The notes: generated by a model from the letters alone, not told the origin. A stretch of DNA of 32,000 nucleotides from Candidatus Scalindua sp. (GCA_031316235.1 JALDRA010000001.1:420001-452000), one strand, 5' to 3'. Positions 1 to 8,287 are shown, numbered from the stretch's first letter. Numbers and translations: made by a program.

Positions 1-728
1 GTAATATGGAGCAGCCCGTCAATTCCACCAAGATCGATAAAGGCACCAAAATCGGCAATATTTTTTACTACTCCCTTGGCAACCTGACCAATCTCTACGC
101 TTTCCAGGAACTCCCGTTTCAGTTTACTTCGCTCTTCCTCAATCAGTTTTCTGCGAGACACAATGATATTCTGCTGAACCTCATCAATCTTCAGTATTTT
201 ACAGGTCACTTCACTGCCAATATAGTCAGCAATCTCACCTGGCGGTTTCGTGTCTATCTGTGAAGCCGGCAAGAATATGGGTATGCCGACATCTACAAGC
301 AATCCTCCTTTTATTTTTCTTATAACCTTCCCGGTAACAACATCCCCTTCTTTATAGACATTTACAATTTTTTCCCATCCACGTATACGGTCTGCTTTTC
401 GCTTTGAGAGCTGTATCAGGCCGGTATCGTCCTCAAATGATTCCAATACCACCTCCAGCTCATCCCCCTTATTTACCTCCTCCACACTGTCAAACTCGGA
501 AAGCGGAATGATACCCTCAGACTTATACCCAGTATCAATTACGACATCATTCCCGATAATACCCAGGATCTCACCCTTTAATATCATGCCCAATTCGAAA
601 TTTTTGATTGAGTTGTTATATACTTCCTCAATCTTTTCGAAATCATAACTCTCAATTGATTTCGCAAATTCCTTTTCTATCTCTTCCTGTGCAATATCGT
701 ATTCCTTTAAGACATTTCTATTAACCAT
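1..728 (-). CDS. rpsA: 30S ribosomal protein S1, N-terminal part (3' end runs off the left window edge)
   Basis: Absent from the ORF track because it is open at the window edge. Reverse-strand translation from the ATG (complement of 726-728) reads MVNRNVLKEYDIAQEEIEKEF...GDVVTGKVIRKIKGGLLVDVG...GQVAKGVVKNIADFGAFIDLGGIDGLLHI, which is successive S1/OB-fold repeats. GGAG lies about 9 nt upstream. Classical cmk-rpsA gene order. The 6..263 + ORF is antisense noise. Confidence 0.9.
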   Translation of the reverse strand, partial: MVNRNVLKEYDIAQEEIEKEFAKSIESYDFEKIEEVYNNSIKNFELGMILKGEILGIIGNDVVIDTGYKSEGIIPLSEFDSVEEVNKGDELEVVLESFEDDTGLIQLSKRKADRIRGWEKIVNVYKEGDVVTGKVIRKIKGGLLVDVGIPIFLPASQIDTKPPGEIADYIGSEVTCKILKIDEVQQNIIVSRRKLIEEERSKLKREFLESVEIGQVAKGVVKNIADFGAFIDLGGIDGLLHI

Positions 729-817
729 TAAAAACAATCTCCAAAATAATAAAATGTTAAACCACAGATATTAGAACAACTTGTAAATTTTGCAAATGCC
801 ATGTACCGTAAAAGGCT

Positions 818-838
818 TCTGGATCAACCTGATCCAGA
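818..838 (-). terminator. Possible weak intrinsic terminator/attenuator hairpin between cmk and rpsA
   Basis: A perfect 9-bp stem (TCTGGATCA / TGATCCAGA) with a 3-nt loop sits about 20 nt downstream of the cmk stop. On the minus strand it is followed by AGCCTTTTAC, a short T-run only. Confidence 0.3.
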
Positions 839-858
839 CCAGGACCATCATTACTGTT

Positions 859-1521
859 TTATTTCGGAATCTTTCCAATTTCTTCAATTAAGATTCTGAC
901 AACTTCTTCTATTGTTAAGCGTGTCGTATCAAGATAAAAGGCGTCATCGACCTGTTTTAAAGGCGCCACACCCCTCGTCATATCTTTATGGTCCCTCTGC
1001 CTGAGGTCTTCGGCCACTGTAAAAAGTTTGCTTGTCCCGTTAAGACTCGCCAGTTCGGAATGACGCCGTTCTGCCCTTACGGTAATATCCGCATCGAGAT
1101 AAATCTTCATATCTGCGTCTGGAAAAACCACCGAAGCCATGTCCCTTCCTTCGGCTACAATATTCTCACCTTCAGCAAAACGTCTCTGGTGCTCAACCAT
1201 CTTTTCACGAACAAACCCGATATTTGAAACATAATGTACATTCTTTGTTACGAATGGCAGCCGTATCTCCCTGCTGACATTAACATCGTCTACATATGTC
1301 TCAAATCCATTTTTCGTGCTTTCTATTCTTATGCAGGTTCCACTCATCAATTTACAAAGCCCTTTATCATCATGGAAATCAACTCCTTCTTCAGCCGCTT
1401 TCCATGTAAGGGCCCTGTACATCGCGCCGCTATCAAGATATCTGAAAGAGAGCCGTTCAGACAGCATCTTTGCTACAGTACTTTTTCCAGACCCAGCAGG
1501 CCCATCAATTACAACGACCAC
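859..1521 (-). CDS. cmk: Cytidylate kinase
   Basis: 220 aa. N-terminal P-loop VVVIDGPAGSGKSTVAKMLSERL..YLDSGAMYRA is typical of Cmk. It lies directly upstream of rpsA. Confidence 0.92.
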   Translation of the reverse strand: MVVVIDGPAGSGKSTVAKMLSERLSFRYLDSGAMYRALTWKAAEEGVDFHDDKGLCKLMSGTCIRIESTKNGFETYVDDVNVSREIRLPFVTKNVHYVSNIGFVREKMVEHQRRFAEGENIVAEGRDMASVVFPDADMKIYLDADITVRAERRHSELASLNGTSKLFTVAEDLRQRDHKDMTRGVAPLKQVDDAFYLDTTRLTIEEVVRILIEEIGKIPK

Positions 1522-1634
1522 TAGGCTTCTCCAGGTAAAATAATAACTTTTCTCGGGTTACAGGCTTTTTTATAACAAAGCAACCCAACGAATGCAAGCT
1601 ATTTTTGTACAAAACTGCGGTCCTCAATCATCCA

Positions 1635-2216
1635 TTAACGGCACTTTTTTATTCTCGCCAATTTTCTCGTAAAAGCACGCGCAACACTTGTAGATTTTAT
1701 TAATACTGATGCCTCATGATTCTTTCTTAACGCACTGTAAGTCCAGTTAGTACTTCCAATTATGGTAATATATTCATCAATAACGAGCACTTTACTATGG
1801 GTCACCTCTCTTTCACCATCATAGAAAACGGGAACACCGTTTGTAGCCAGGAGATCATACGCATATTCGCTTTTTCTCTCCAACGCACCTTTTTTTCTCC
1901 CCTTTTCCCAGAACATGATATTCTGATCAAATATTACCTGTACATTCACCCCTCTTTTATGCGCATTGATCAGATCAAGAACTAATTGATGTTCATCACC
2001 ACCGGAATGCTTTGGGTCAAGCTTTGCAAGAAACATAACACATACTATCGATTTCCTGGCCTTGTTTAAGGCCTGGTGGACTTCCGGGTAATACTCATTG
2101 TCAATAAGAAGTATCACATCATCAGCAGGCAGAGAATATGCACCTCTTACGCCGGGTAATGCAAAAAAAACCGGAATAATACATGCGAAAACCATAAGTT
2201 TTTCAAGATGTCTCAT
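1635..2216 (-). CDS. Secreted phospholipase D/Nuc-like (single HKD) family protein
   Basis: 193 aa. Signal-peptide-like N-terminus MRHLEKLMVFACIIPVFFALPGVRGA. HKD motif HSKVLVIDEYITIIGSTNWT. The start codon overlaps the mtaB stop by 14 nt (2203-2216). Confidence 0.8.
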   Translation of the reverse strand: MRHLEKLMVFACIIPVFFALPGVRGAYSLPADDVILLIDNEYYPEVHQALNKARKSIVCVMFLAKLDPKHSGGDEHQLVLDLINAHKRGVNVQVIFDQNIMFWEKGRKKGALERKSEYAYDLLATNGVPVFYDGEREVTHSKVLVIDEYITIIGSTNWTYSALRKNHEASVLIKSTSVARAFTRKLARIKKCR

Positions 2217-3570
2217 TTTGTATCTCTTTTGTATCTCGGAGAGAAATTTTCGAAAAAAGAGCGTCAGGCAGGACTTTTTCTACTTCAACATCCACAATGG
2301 TGTTCATGAGTTCGTCAGAACCATCGAATACTACCCTGAGGTATCTATCCGAATATCCGCATAATTCCCCCGTTTCCCGCTCTTTGTTCTTTTCTACAAG
2401 TACGCCCATGCTTCTTCCCAGAAACAGAGACTTATAGTGCATGGAAGAATCGACAGCTACCAGCTCAAGCTCCTTTTTTCTTTTCTTTAATTCAGCAGAT
2501 GTGCATCGGTCCGGCATCCCGGCAGCAGGCGTACCATCACGGGGGCTAAAAGAAAAAATATGCGTCCTGCTGAAACAAACCTGCTCACAAAACCTTCGGG
2601 TATTTTCAAACTGATCAACCTCCTCACCGGGATACCCCACCATCACGTCGGTAGATATAGCCGGCAAATCTATCTTACCACGTATTTTATCCACCGTATC
2701 AAGGTACCGGAAGGTATCGTACCTTCTATTCATACTTTTCAATATGCCATCATCTCCACTCTGTAACGGCAGATGAAAGTGAGGACATATTTTCTCTGAA
2801 TTTGCGACCATATCAATTAAATTATCCGTAACTTCATTCACTTCCATTGAGCTCAATCTTATTCTCATCAATCCGGATATATCCTGCAATTTATCTAAAA
2901 CATCTAAAATAGTCCGCTGATAACCGCTTTCTTTACCATATGCACCCAGATGAATCCCCGTAAGCACGATTTCCTTATAACCATTCTGGACTACTCTTTC
3001 CGCTTCAAGAATAACATCCTCTATTTTCTTACTCCTGATCTCACCCCTCACAGAGGGAATTATGCAATACGAGCAGAAGTTATCACACCCATCTTCAATC
3101 TTTAAAAAAGCCCTTGTATGCCCCTCAAACCTACTGATGTTTAAGGGAAATCTGGATTTTTCTCTCCGCACAGTGTCAGCCTGAGGTGCTAAAAGATCAC
3201 CTGAAACAGATCGCGGATTACCTGGCAGCACAAATCGGCTCTTCACAAAATCTACTATCTTCCTATCCTGCCCTTTCCCAAAGACTCCGTCAACCCCGTC
3301 AATTCCTCTTATTTCATCTCTGTTCACCTCGGCAGAGCAGCCGGTAACAACTACTTTGGCGTCGGGGTTTCTTCTTATTACCCTCATTATCTGCTGCCGG
3401 GATTTTTCATCACTCGCAGATGTCACCGTGCAGGTATTTACCACATAGAGGTCTGCAGGAGTACCCGATGATACCTCTTCATATCCATGCGAAATGATGG
3501 CCTCCCTGAGAGCCTGTGTCTCGTATTGGTTCACCTTACACCCCAGCGTAATAAAGGCACATTTCTTCAT
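2203..3570 (-). CDS. mtaB: MiaB-family tRNA methylthiotransferase, MtaB-like (radical SAM)
   Basis: 455 aa. N-terminal TLGCKVNQYETQAL...NTCTVT...TGC cysteine triad, radical-SAM box CDNFCSYC, and a C-terminal TRAM-like segment. Collinear with B. subtilis MtaB/YqeV. Confidence 0.85.
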   Translation of the reverse strand: MKKCAFITLGCKVNQYETQALREAIISHGYEEVSSGTPADLYVVNTCTVTSASDEKSRQQIMRVIRRNPDAKVVVTGCSAEVNRDEIRGIDGVDGVFGKGQDRKIVDFVKSRFVLPGNPRSVSGDLLAPQADTVRREKSRFPLNISRFEGHTRAFLKIEDGCDNFCSYCIIPSVRGEIRSKKIEDVILEAERVVQNGYKEIVLTGIHLGAYGKESGYQRTILDVLDKLQDISGLMRIRLSSMEVNEVTDNLIDMVANSEKICPHFHLPLQSGDDGILKSMNRRYDTFRYLDTVDKIRGKIDLPAISTDVMVGYPGEEVDQFENTRRFCEQVCFSRTHIFSFSPRDGTPAAGMPDRCTSAELKKRKKELELVAVDSSMHYKSLFLGRSMGVLVEKNKERETGELCGYSDRYLRVVFDGSDELMNTIVDVEVEKVLPDALFSKISLRDTKEIQNETS

Positions 3571-3595
3571 GGTTTCTTATCTTCGTATTCATTGA

Positions 3596-3710
3596 TACAC
3601 TAAAACTGATTTGGTTTTCGGTTTTACCGGAAACCAAATCTTGGTTGCTGTTATACTCGCTCAATTTTATCTCGGATTTTATCCGAAATCCAGTATGAGA
3701 TGAGTATATA
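3596..3710 (+). repeat. Family-1 bipartite hairpin repeat, short form, copy 1 (X-then-Y orientation on + strand)
   Basis: Reads tacactaaaactgatttggttttcggttttaccggaaaccaaatcttggttgctgttatactcgctcaattttatctcggattttatccgaaatccagtatgagatgagtata. It aligns end-to-end with eight other copies. It lies 26 nt upstream of the mtaB start. Confidence 0.92.
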
Positions 3711-3742
3711 CGAAGCGGAAGCGGGTCAGGACAGCAAATTTA

Positions 3743-3771
3743 CTTGACACTATCTTACGACAGACATAGAC
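3743..3771 (+). promoter_or_regulatory. Sigma70-like promoter (TTGACA-17 nt-TAGACT)
   Basis: A perfect -35 TTGACA at 3743-3748, a 17-nt spacer, and TAGACT at 3766-3771. It faces the GC-rich segment and the Nudix gene. Pattern match only. Confidence 0.3.
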
Positions 3772-3785
3772 TTTAATTCAATCAT

Positions 3786-3982
3786 AATATTCTGACTGGT
3801 CAAGCGCATCCATTCTGCCCGGAGGTAAGCTCGCAGAATGGCACATTTTATTCAAGATTGCTGCCCTGTGTCCCAGCGCCAGGACGATTGCATCCCGCAC
3901 CCGGGTGAATCCGTCCGGCAGACCCCGTCCGAACCGGCATGGGCAGGTGACAATCATTCGGGCGATTGTGCTGATGCACGCA
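3786..3982 (+). other. GC-rich, stem-rich intergenic segment (candidate sRNA or 5' leader; class unknown)
   Basis: A sharp local rise in G+C inside AT-rich spacer. Perfect 9-bp hairpin CCATTCTGC(3810-3818)/GCAGAATGG(3833-3841). Long-range CTGCCC(3851-3856)/GGGCAG(3941-3946). ACAATC/GATTGT hairpin at about 3950-3969. Overlapping ORFs on both strands (77 aa minus, 58 aa plus) lack an RBS or any recognisable motif. Confidence 0.25.
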
Positions 3983-4079
3983 AAAAAAATGAGGTTACAA
4001 TTTATATCCATTAAAGAGTTAAAGAGAAAATCGCTGCAGGCAGTTAACTGAAAAAAACTGTTTCACACGCTCCAATACA

Positions 4080-4670
4080 ATGAAGGTGACTATAAAAAAA
4101 AAAGAAAGAGTCTACAATAACCTCTTCAAGGTTGACAAGGCCATCCTTCAACACGAGAAATTTAATGGTACCATGAGTAAGGAGATAGTGAGATTAAATT
4201 TCAACAGGGGCAACACCGTAGCAGTCTTACTCTATAATCCGACAACCGAATCCGTCATACTCGTCAAGCAATTTCGCTATCCCGCTTACGTGGACAACGG
4301 TCCGGGGTGGCTCATCGAATGTGTTGCCGGAATAATAGACAATGGTGAAATATCTGTAGCAAAAAAGGAGGTGTTAGAAGAAACAGGATTCAAGGTTGAT
4401 GCGTTACTATATTTAACACAGATTTACCCGAGCCCGGGAGGCTGCTCTGAAAAAATCAGCCTCTATCTTGCGTATGTAGGAGCTGATGACAAGGTCAAAG
4501 AGGGAAACTACATGGGTGTTGGAAATGAAGATATCTGTATAGTGGAAGTGCCTCTTGAAAAAGCACTTGATATGATTAAGAGCGGAGAAATCTGTGATGC
4601 GAAAACCATTATCAGCCTCTTTTTCCTTCGTGATAGAGTTGGGGCATGCCCGAATGAAACCATTCATTAG
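4080..4670 (+). CDS. Nudix hydrolase (nucleoside-diphosphate-sugar pyrophosphatase, NudF/NudK-like)
   Basis: 196 aa. Nudix box AGIIDNGEISVAKKEVLEETGF (GX5EX7[RK]EVXEEXG pattern). The length and N-terminal region fit ADP-ribose/GDP-mannose pyrophosphatase-type enzymes. Confidence 0.8.
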   Translation: MKVTIKKKERVYNNLFKVDKAILQHEKFNGTMSKEIVRLNFNRGNTVAVLLYNPTTESVILVKQFRYPAYVDNGPGWLIECVAGIIDNGEISVAKKEVLEETGFKVDALLYLTQIYPSPGGCSEKISLYLAYVGADDKVKEGNYMGVGNEDICIVEVPLEKALDMIKSGEICDAKTIISLFFLRDRVGACPNETIH

Positions 4671-4806
4671 CCCACCGTCTTACTGCCTTACATAGATTCC
4701 AGACACATCCTGCCCTAACTTACTTTGCTTTCCTGCCTGCTGTCGGACGGATCGAGCAGGGAGATCTGATTCATCCGGCGGGCATTTACTCCTGCAAACC
4801 GGCTGA

Positions 4807-4918
4807 TATACTCATCTCATACTGGATTTCGGATAAAATCCGAGACAAAATTGAGCGAGTATACCTTCACCCAGATTTGATTTCCGGTAAAACCGAAAAC
4901 CAAATCGGTTTTAGTATA
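4807..4918 (-). repeat. Family-1 bipartite hairpin repeat, short form, copy 2 (inverted orientation)
   Basis: Reads tatactcatctcatactggatttcggataaaatccgagacaaaattgagcgagtataccttcacccagatttgatttccggtaaaaccgaaaaccaaatcggttttagtata, the reverse complement of the copy-1 architecture. Confidence 0.92.
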
Positions 4919-4945
4919 TCATTGCACTGAGAGAGGAGTTTAAAT

Positions 4946-5551
4946 CTGAACAACAAAACCATATTTGTAGACGTTGATACCCAATTTGATTTCATGGACC
5001 CCCGGGGAACTCTTTATGTCCCTGGCGCTGTGGACATAAGAGGCAATCTTAAAAAACTTTTCGATTTTGCGAAAGAACACAAAATCAGGATCCTCTCCTC
5101 AGTTGACGCTCATAGTATCGGGGACAAGGAGTTTCAGCATTTCCCTGCCCATTGTGTAAAAGAGACCAGGGGTATTGAAAAAATCGATATCACGAAATGT
5201 GACGATTTCATTGTTATTGAAAACATCAAACAACGCATTCCTCTCTCTCTCTTGAACCCGCAGCAGATAATTATAGAAAAGCAATCACTGGACATATTTG
5301 ATAATATCAATACAGAAACTATCATTAACACCCTGAATGCCGAGAGTTACGTGATATTTGGTGTGGCAACAGACTATTGCATCAAGGCTGCCGCACTTGC
5401 TCTTCACAAACGGAATCACACCGTTTCGCTGGTCACCGATGCGGTAAAAGCAATGACACCAGGAGGGAAAAAAGAGGCTTTAACCGAAATGAAGGATGCT
5501 GGCATTATTTTTATAACCACAGAGAGTATTTTAGAGGAGAATTACCAGTAA
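4946..5551 (+). CDS. Isochorismatase/cysteine-hydrolase family protein (nicotinamidase-like), probable non-AUG (CTG) start
   Basis: The track ORF starts at ATG 4994. The in-frame codons upstream encode NNKTIFVDVDTQFDF, the conserved N-terminal VDxQxDF motif that carries the family's catalytic Asp. No ATG/GTG/TTG lies between the in-frame TGA (4928) and 4994. CTG at 4946 sits 7 nt after the strong SD GAGAGGAG (4931-4938). GVATDYCI later in the protein holds the catalytic Cys. Confidence 0.75.
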   Translation: MNNKTIFVDVDTQFDFMDPRGTLYVPGAVDIRGNLKKLFDFAKEHKIRILSSVDAHSIGDKEFQHFPAHCVKETRGIEKIDITKCDDFIVIENIKQRIPLSLLNPQQIIIEKQSLDIFDNINTETIINTLNAESYVIFGVATDYCIKAAALALHKRNHTVSLVTDAVKAMTPGGKKEALTEMKDAGIIFITTESILEENYQ

Positions 5552-5655
5552 AAATGTGTTCGAAAGCATCACAGGTTTGAAGTAAAAAAGAGCTAACATG
5601 TTATGGTGAAAAACCTGACGTTTTATCAAAACCCTTGACAGAAAAACTTTTTTAC

Positions 5656-5684
5656 TTGACGACTCCTTGATCAAATCATACAAT
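5656..5684 (+). promoter_or_regulatory. Sigma70-like promoter for rpsU (TTGACG-17 nt-TACAAT)
   Basis: TTGACG at 5656-5661, a 17-nt spacer, and TACAAT at 5679-5684. This is about 55 nt upstream of the rpsU start. Pattern match only. Confidence 0.4.
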
Positions 5685-5738
5685 ACGTACCATTTATTTT
5701 TTAGTAATTCTGTAAATTTAGAGATGGAGTCAGCATTT

Positions 5739-5933
5739 ATGGCCAAGGTTCAAATTTCCGAAAATGAGAGTTTACGCGAAGCGGTGAGAAGATTCAAGAA
5801 AATGTGCGATAAGGAAGGCATTATCAATGCATCGAAGCGCTATGCCTACTATGAAAAGCCTTCAGACAGGCGCCGCCGTGAAGCAAACAGGAGAATAAAG
5901 AACATTAAAAAGGCACAAGATGAGCTTTTCTAA
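5739..5933 (+). CDS. rpsU: 30S ribosomal protein S21
   Basis: MAKVQISENESLREAVRRFKKMCDKEGIINASKRYAYYEKPSDRRRREANRRIKNIKKA is canonical S21. The true start is ATG 5739 (SD GAGATGGAG 10 nt upstream), not the track start at 5667. Confidence 0.92.
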   Translation: MAKVQISENESLREAVRRFKKMCDKEGIINASKRYAYYEKPSDRRRREANRRIKNIKKAQDELF

Positions 5934-6152
5934 CGCTATGCATCGTATCATCATGAACCCCTGGCTATAAAAAGTGGAATTTTGCACTTAGTAATAACTT
6001 CAATACATCCAACTCATCATCTTAATATCGACATAAGTTGTTCGCGGTGTGGCTATCAAATCTCATCATTTGCCCCCTCATAATTTAAGTGAGCTGAACT
6101 CAACATCATACCTACCATCAGTACCATACCAGCTCCGCACAAACTATGCTTG

Positions 6153-6292
6153 TATACTAAAACCGATTTGGTTTTCGGTTTTAACGGAAACCAAATCTTG
6201 GTTGCTGGTATCCCCGGACAAAAAACGCCGAGGACTATACTCGCTCAATTTTGTCTCGGATTTTATCCGAAATCCAGTATGAGATGAGTATA
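6153..6292 (+). repeat. Family-1 bipartite hairpin repeat, long form (with 24-nt linker insert), copy 3
   Basis: Same X and Y modules as copy 1, plus ccccggacaaaaaacgccgaggac (6212-6235) between them. It lies 59 nt upstream of the radical SAM gene. The 6049..6282 ORF is a translation of this repeat. Confidence 0.92.
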
Positions 6293-6351
6293 TTTAAACC
6301 AACCTGTCTTTTTTTCTTTCAACAGTTCGACTTTTTCATGTTCGGTAAAAA

Positions 6352-7314
6352 ATGACTGTACCTATAACTCAAAAACCGTGGATAAAGACGCACCGGTATT
6401 ATCCATTTCGTTATTTTTTGAGAGAACTGTACCCTTTCAAAGTACACAAAATCTCTCTCCATGCCGGTTTCACATGCCCTAACAGGGACGGACTGGCAGG
6501 CTCAGGAGGCTGCACGTATTGTGACAATGAAAGTTTCAGTCCAAATGTCAAGAAAGAAGCCCTGACCATAACGGAACAGGTAGAAAATGGTGTTCAGTTT
6601 TTAAAGAGAAGATACGGTGCGGAAAAGTTTATTGCCTATTTTCAGTCATTCACAAATACCTATGCAGATGTCAAAACCTTAAAAACCCGTTATGATGAGG
6701 CATTGCTCCACAAAGACATCATTGGAATTTCAATTGGTACAAGGCCCGATTGTATTACCGATGATGCGCTGAATCTCATAGATAGCTATACAGAAAAGTA
6801 TCATGTATGGATTGAATATGGTTTACAGTCAATCCATGACCGTACATTGCAGCTGGTGAATCGTGGACACAGTTACAAGGAATTTGAAGATGCCATAGGG
6901 CGTACAAAGCAGAAGTCAAACATAAAAATCTGTGCGCACGTTATTCTTGGCCTCCCTGGTGAGGATTGGGAAGATATGATGGAGACAGCAGAGGCACTCT
7001 CTACCCTTGACATTGATGGCCTTAAGCTCCACCATCTTTATGTCGCCAGAAACACCTCAATGGCAAATGATTTTTTTACGGGTAACATCAAGACCATGAA
7101 CATGGAAGAATATGTCTCTACCGCATGTGACTTCCTTGAAAGGATCCCGCCCGGGGTAGTCATCCAGAGGTTGGTCGGTGATACCCACGGAGGCACGTTA
7201 CTCTCACCTCTCTGGCACGTGAGTAAAAACGAGGTTCTTTCCGCAATTACGGACGAATTAAGACGCCGAAATACTTATCAGGGTATAAGATGTATCCCCT
7301 GCAGTGCAAAATGA
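6352..7314 (+). CDS. Radical SAM protein, TIGR01212 (YhcC-like) family
   Basis: 320 aa. HAGFTCPNRDGLAGSGGCTYCDN plus GTRPDC...EYGLQS...NRGH...GLPGE are collinear with E. coli YhcC. Confidence 0.88.
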   Translation: MTVPITQKPWIKTHRYYPFRYFLRELYPFKVHKISLHAGFTCPNRDGLAGSGGCTYCDNESFSPNVKKEALTITEQVENGVQFLKRRYGAEKFIAYFQSFTNTYADVKTLKTRYDEALLHKDIIGISIGTRPDCITDDALNLIDSYTEKYHVWIEYGLQSIHDRTLQLVNRGHSYKEFEDAIGRTKQKSNIKICAHVILGLPGEDWEDMMETAEALSTLDIDGLKLHHLYVARNTSMANDFFTGNIKTMNMEEYVSTACDFLERIPPGVVIQRLVGDTHGGTLLSPLWHVSKNEVLSAITDELRRRNTYQGIRCIPCSAK

Positions 7315-7357
7315 GTGGTCCGGTCTGCCACGGGGCGGACAATTCCATCTCTCGCTC

Positions 7358-8287
7358 TCATTCCCTGCTTTTATCATCTGTTTCGAGGGTGATATTACCA
7401 TTGACTTGACTAAGTACCTCCTGATTGGTTTCCGGCAAAGCCGTAAACTTAGTCCTGATTAAATTGTTAATCCTGCGATCTTCCTCCTGGATGAACGACT
7501 CCACCAGGGGGATCCTCAAGACCAGCTCACGGGCAACTTCTTCACTTGCCCGGGCAGCATAGACATCTCTCAGACTCATATAGTTCTGAAACGACGCAAT
7601 GACAAAATCAAGTGGATTTGTTGCTATACGGATATCATTATCATATCGTTTATGCTCACCCTCAAAAAAGATACTTCCGTCTACCGTAGATATACACTTA
7701 ATATGTAAACCTATCCTGATCTGGGCAAAAAGTGTGTAATACGAGTTCTTATAATCCGTGATCTTTCCATAAATCAGTGCATCGGCCCCGAGTATTCTGC
7801 CCAACTCCTGGGGCGTAGTGTTGTACAAATCATTAGGGGTCTTGATATTGAGAGCGTTTAATACTTTATCGACATACATGAGTTCTACATCTTCAAATTC
7901 ACGGGCCGCGAAATGGCCAAAGAAAAACCTTCGTAATCTATTTGCATATGTCCAGTTCCAGTCACTCTCTTTATCTTTATTAAACCTGGGGATGGGAACC
8001 TCATTTAAGATATAGTTCCCCCCTACCAGGTTATCAAATGGCAGAATAGCCACTTTTTTAGGAGGGTTTTTGTAAAATGTATCCAAAATCTCAAATTCCT
8101 TATCTCCTGGATCGATTTGATAAATCCTATCTATCGTATTTTTTTTCCCATGATCTGAAACACCCTCTTCATCCAGAAAGAAGTTCTCATCTCCCGTTGT
8201 CCGCCGGTTACTGGAAGAACACCCCGTCATCAAAGATGAAAAAGCAATTACGATCATAAAACCACTCAATATCTTCCACAAAGACAT
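7358..8287 (-). CDS. Lipoprotein, DUF799/GNA1162-like
   Basis: 309 aa. Lipobox SSLMTGCSSS. KKVAILPFDN...GADALIYGKITDYKNSYY resembles the DUF799 pattern (ILVVPPVN...GADAVLYVTITEYG). The family assignment is from memory. Confidence 0.6.
   Translation of the reverse strand: MSLWKILSGFMIVIAFSSLMTGCSSSNRRTTGDENFFLDEEGVSDHGKKNTIDRIYQIDPGDKEFEILDTFYKNPPKKVAILPFDNLVGGNYILNEVPIPRFNKDKESDWNWTYANRLRRFFFGHFAAREFEDVELMYVDKVLNALNIKTPNDLYNTTPQELGRILGADALIYGKITDYKNSYYTLFAQIRIGLHIKCISTVDGSIFFEGEHKRYDNDIRIATNPLDFVIASFQNYMSLRDVYAARASEEVARELVLRIPLVESFIQEEDRRINNLIRTKFTALPETNQEVLSQVNGNITLETDDKSRE

Noticed and set aside
6-263. 85-aa + strand ORF at the left edge
   Set aside because: It lies antisense to a clear ribosomal protein S1 reading frame (S1 domain motifs on the minus strand) and has no motif of its own.
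988-1543. Three + strand ORFs (79, 96 and 75 aa) inside the cmk region
   Set aside because: All are antisense to the well-supported cytidylate kinase gene. Their sequences are low-complexity and unrecognisable.
3901-3935. Resemblance of GGGTGAATCCG..CAGACCCCG to the GGTGAAAATCC..GACCCGC core of cobalamin riboswitches
   Set aside because: No GGGAA element lies upstream, there is no GCCACTG/B12-box, and the downstream gene is not cobalamin-related. I also found no match by eye to TPP, FMN, SAM, ykkC, ZTP or SRP/6S/RNase P signatures.
3778-4011. 77-aa minus-strand ORF covering the GC-rich intergenic block
   Set aside because: It has no SD and no recognisable family. An overlapping 58-aa ORF also exists on the other strand, as expected for any GC-rich stretch. 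I kept it as a structured non-coding candidate, not a CDS.
4732-4743. Exact 12-mer CCTGCCTGCTGT shared with 25073-25084, in both cases just downstream of a + strand gene
   Set aside because: Dozens of exact 12-mer coincidences are expected by chance in a 32-kb window, and the flanks do not align.
6049-6282. ORFs 6049..6282(+), 18128..18347(-), 20097..20357(-) and 17345..17569(+)
   Set aside because: They are translations of family-1 or family-2 repeat DNA (for example the recurring ..IWFSVLTETKSW.. and ..ISDKIRDKIERV.. peptides), not genes.
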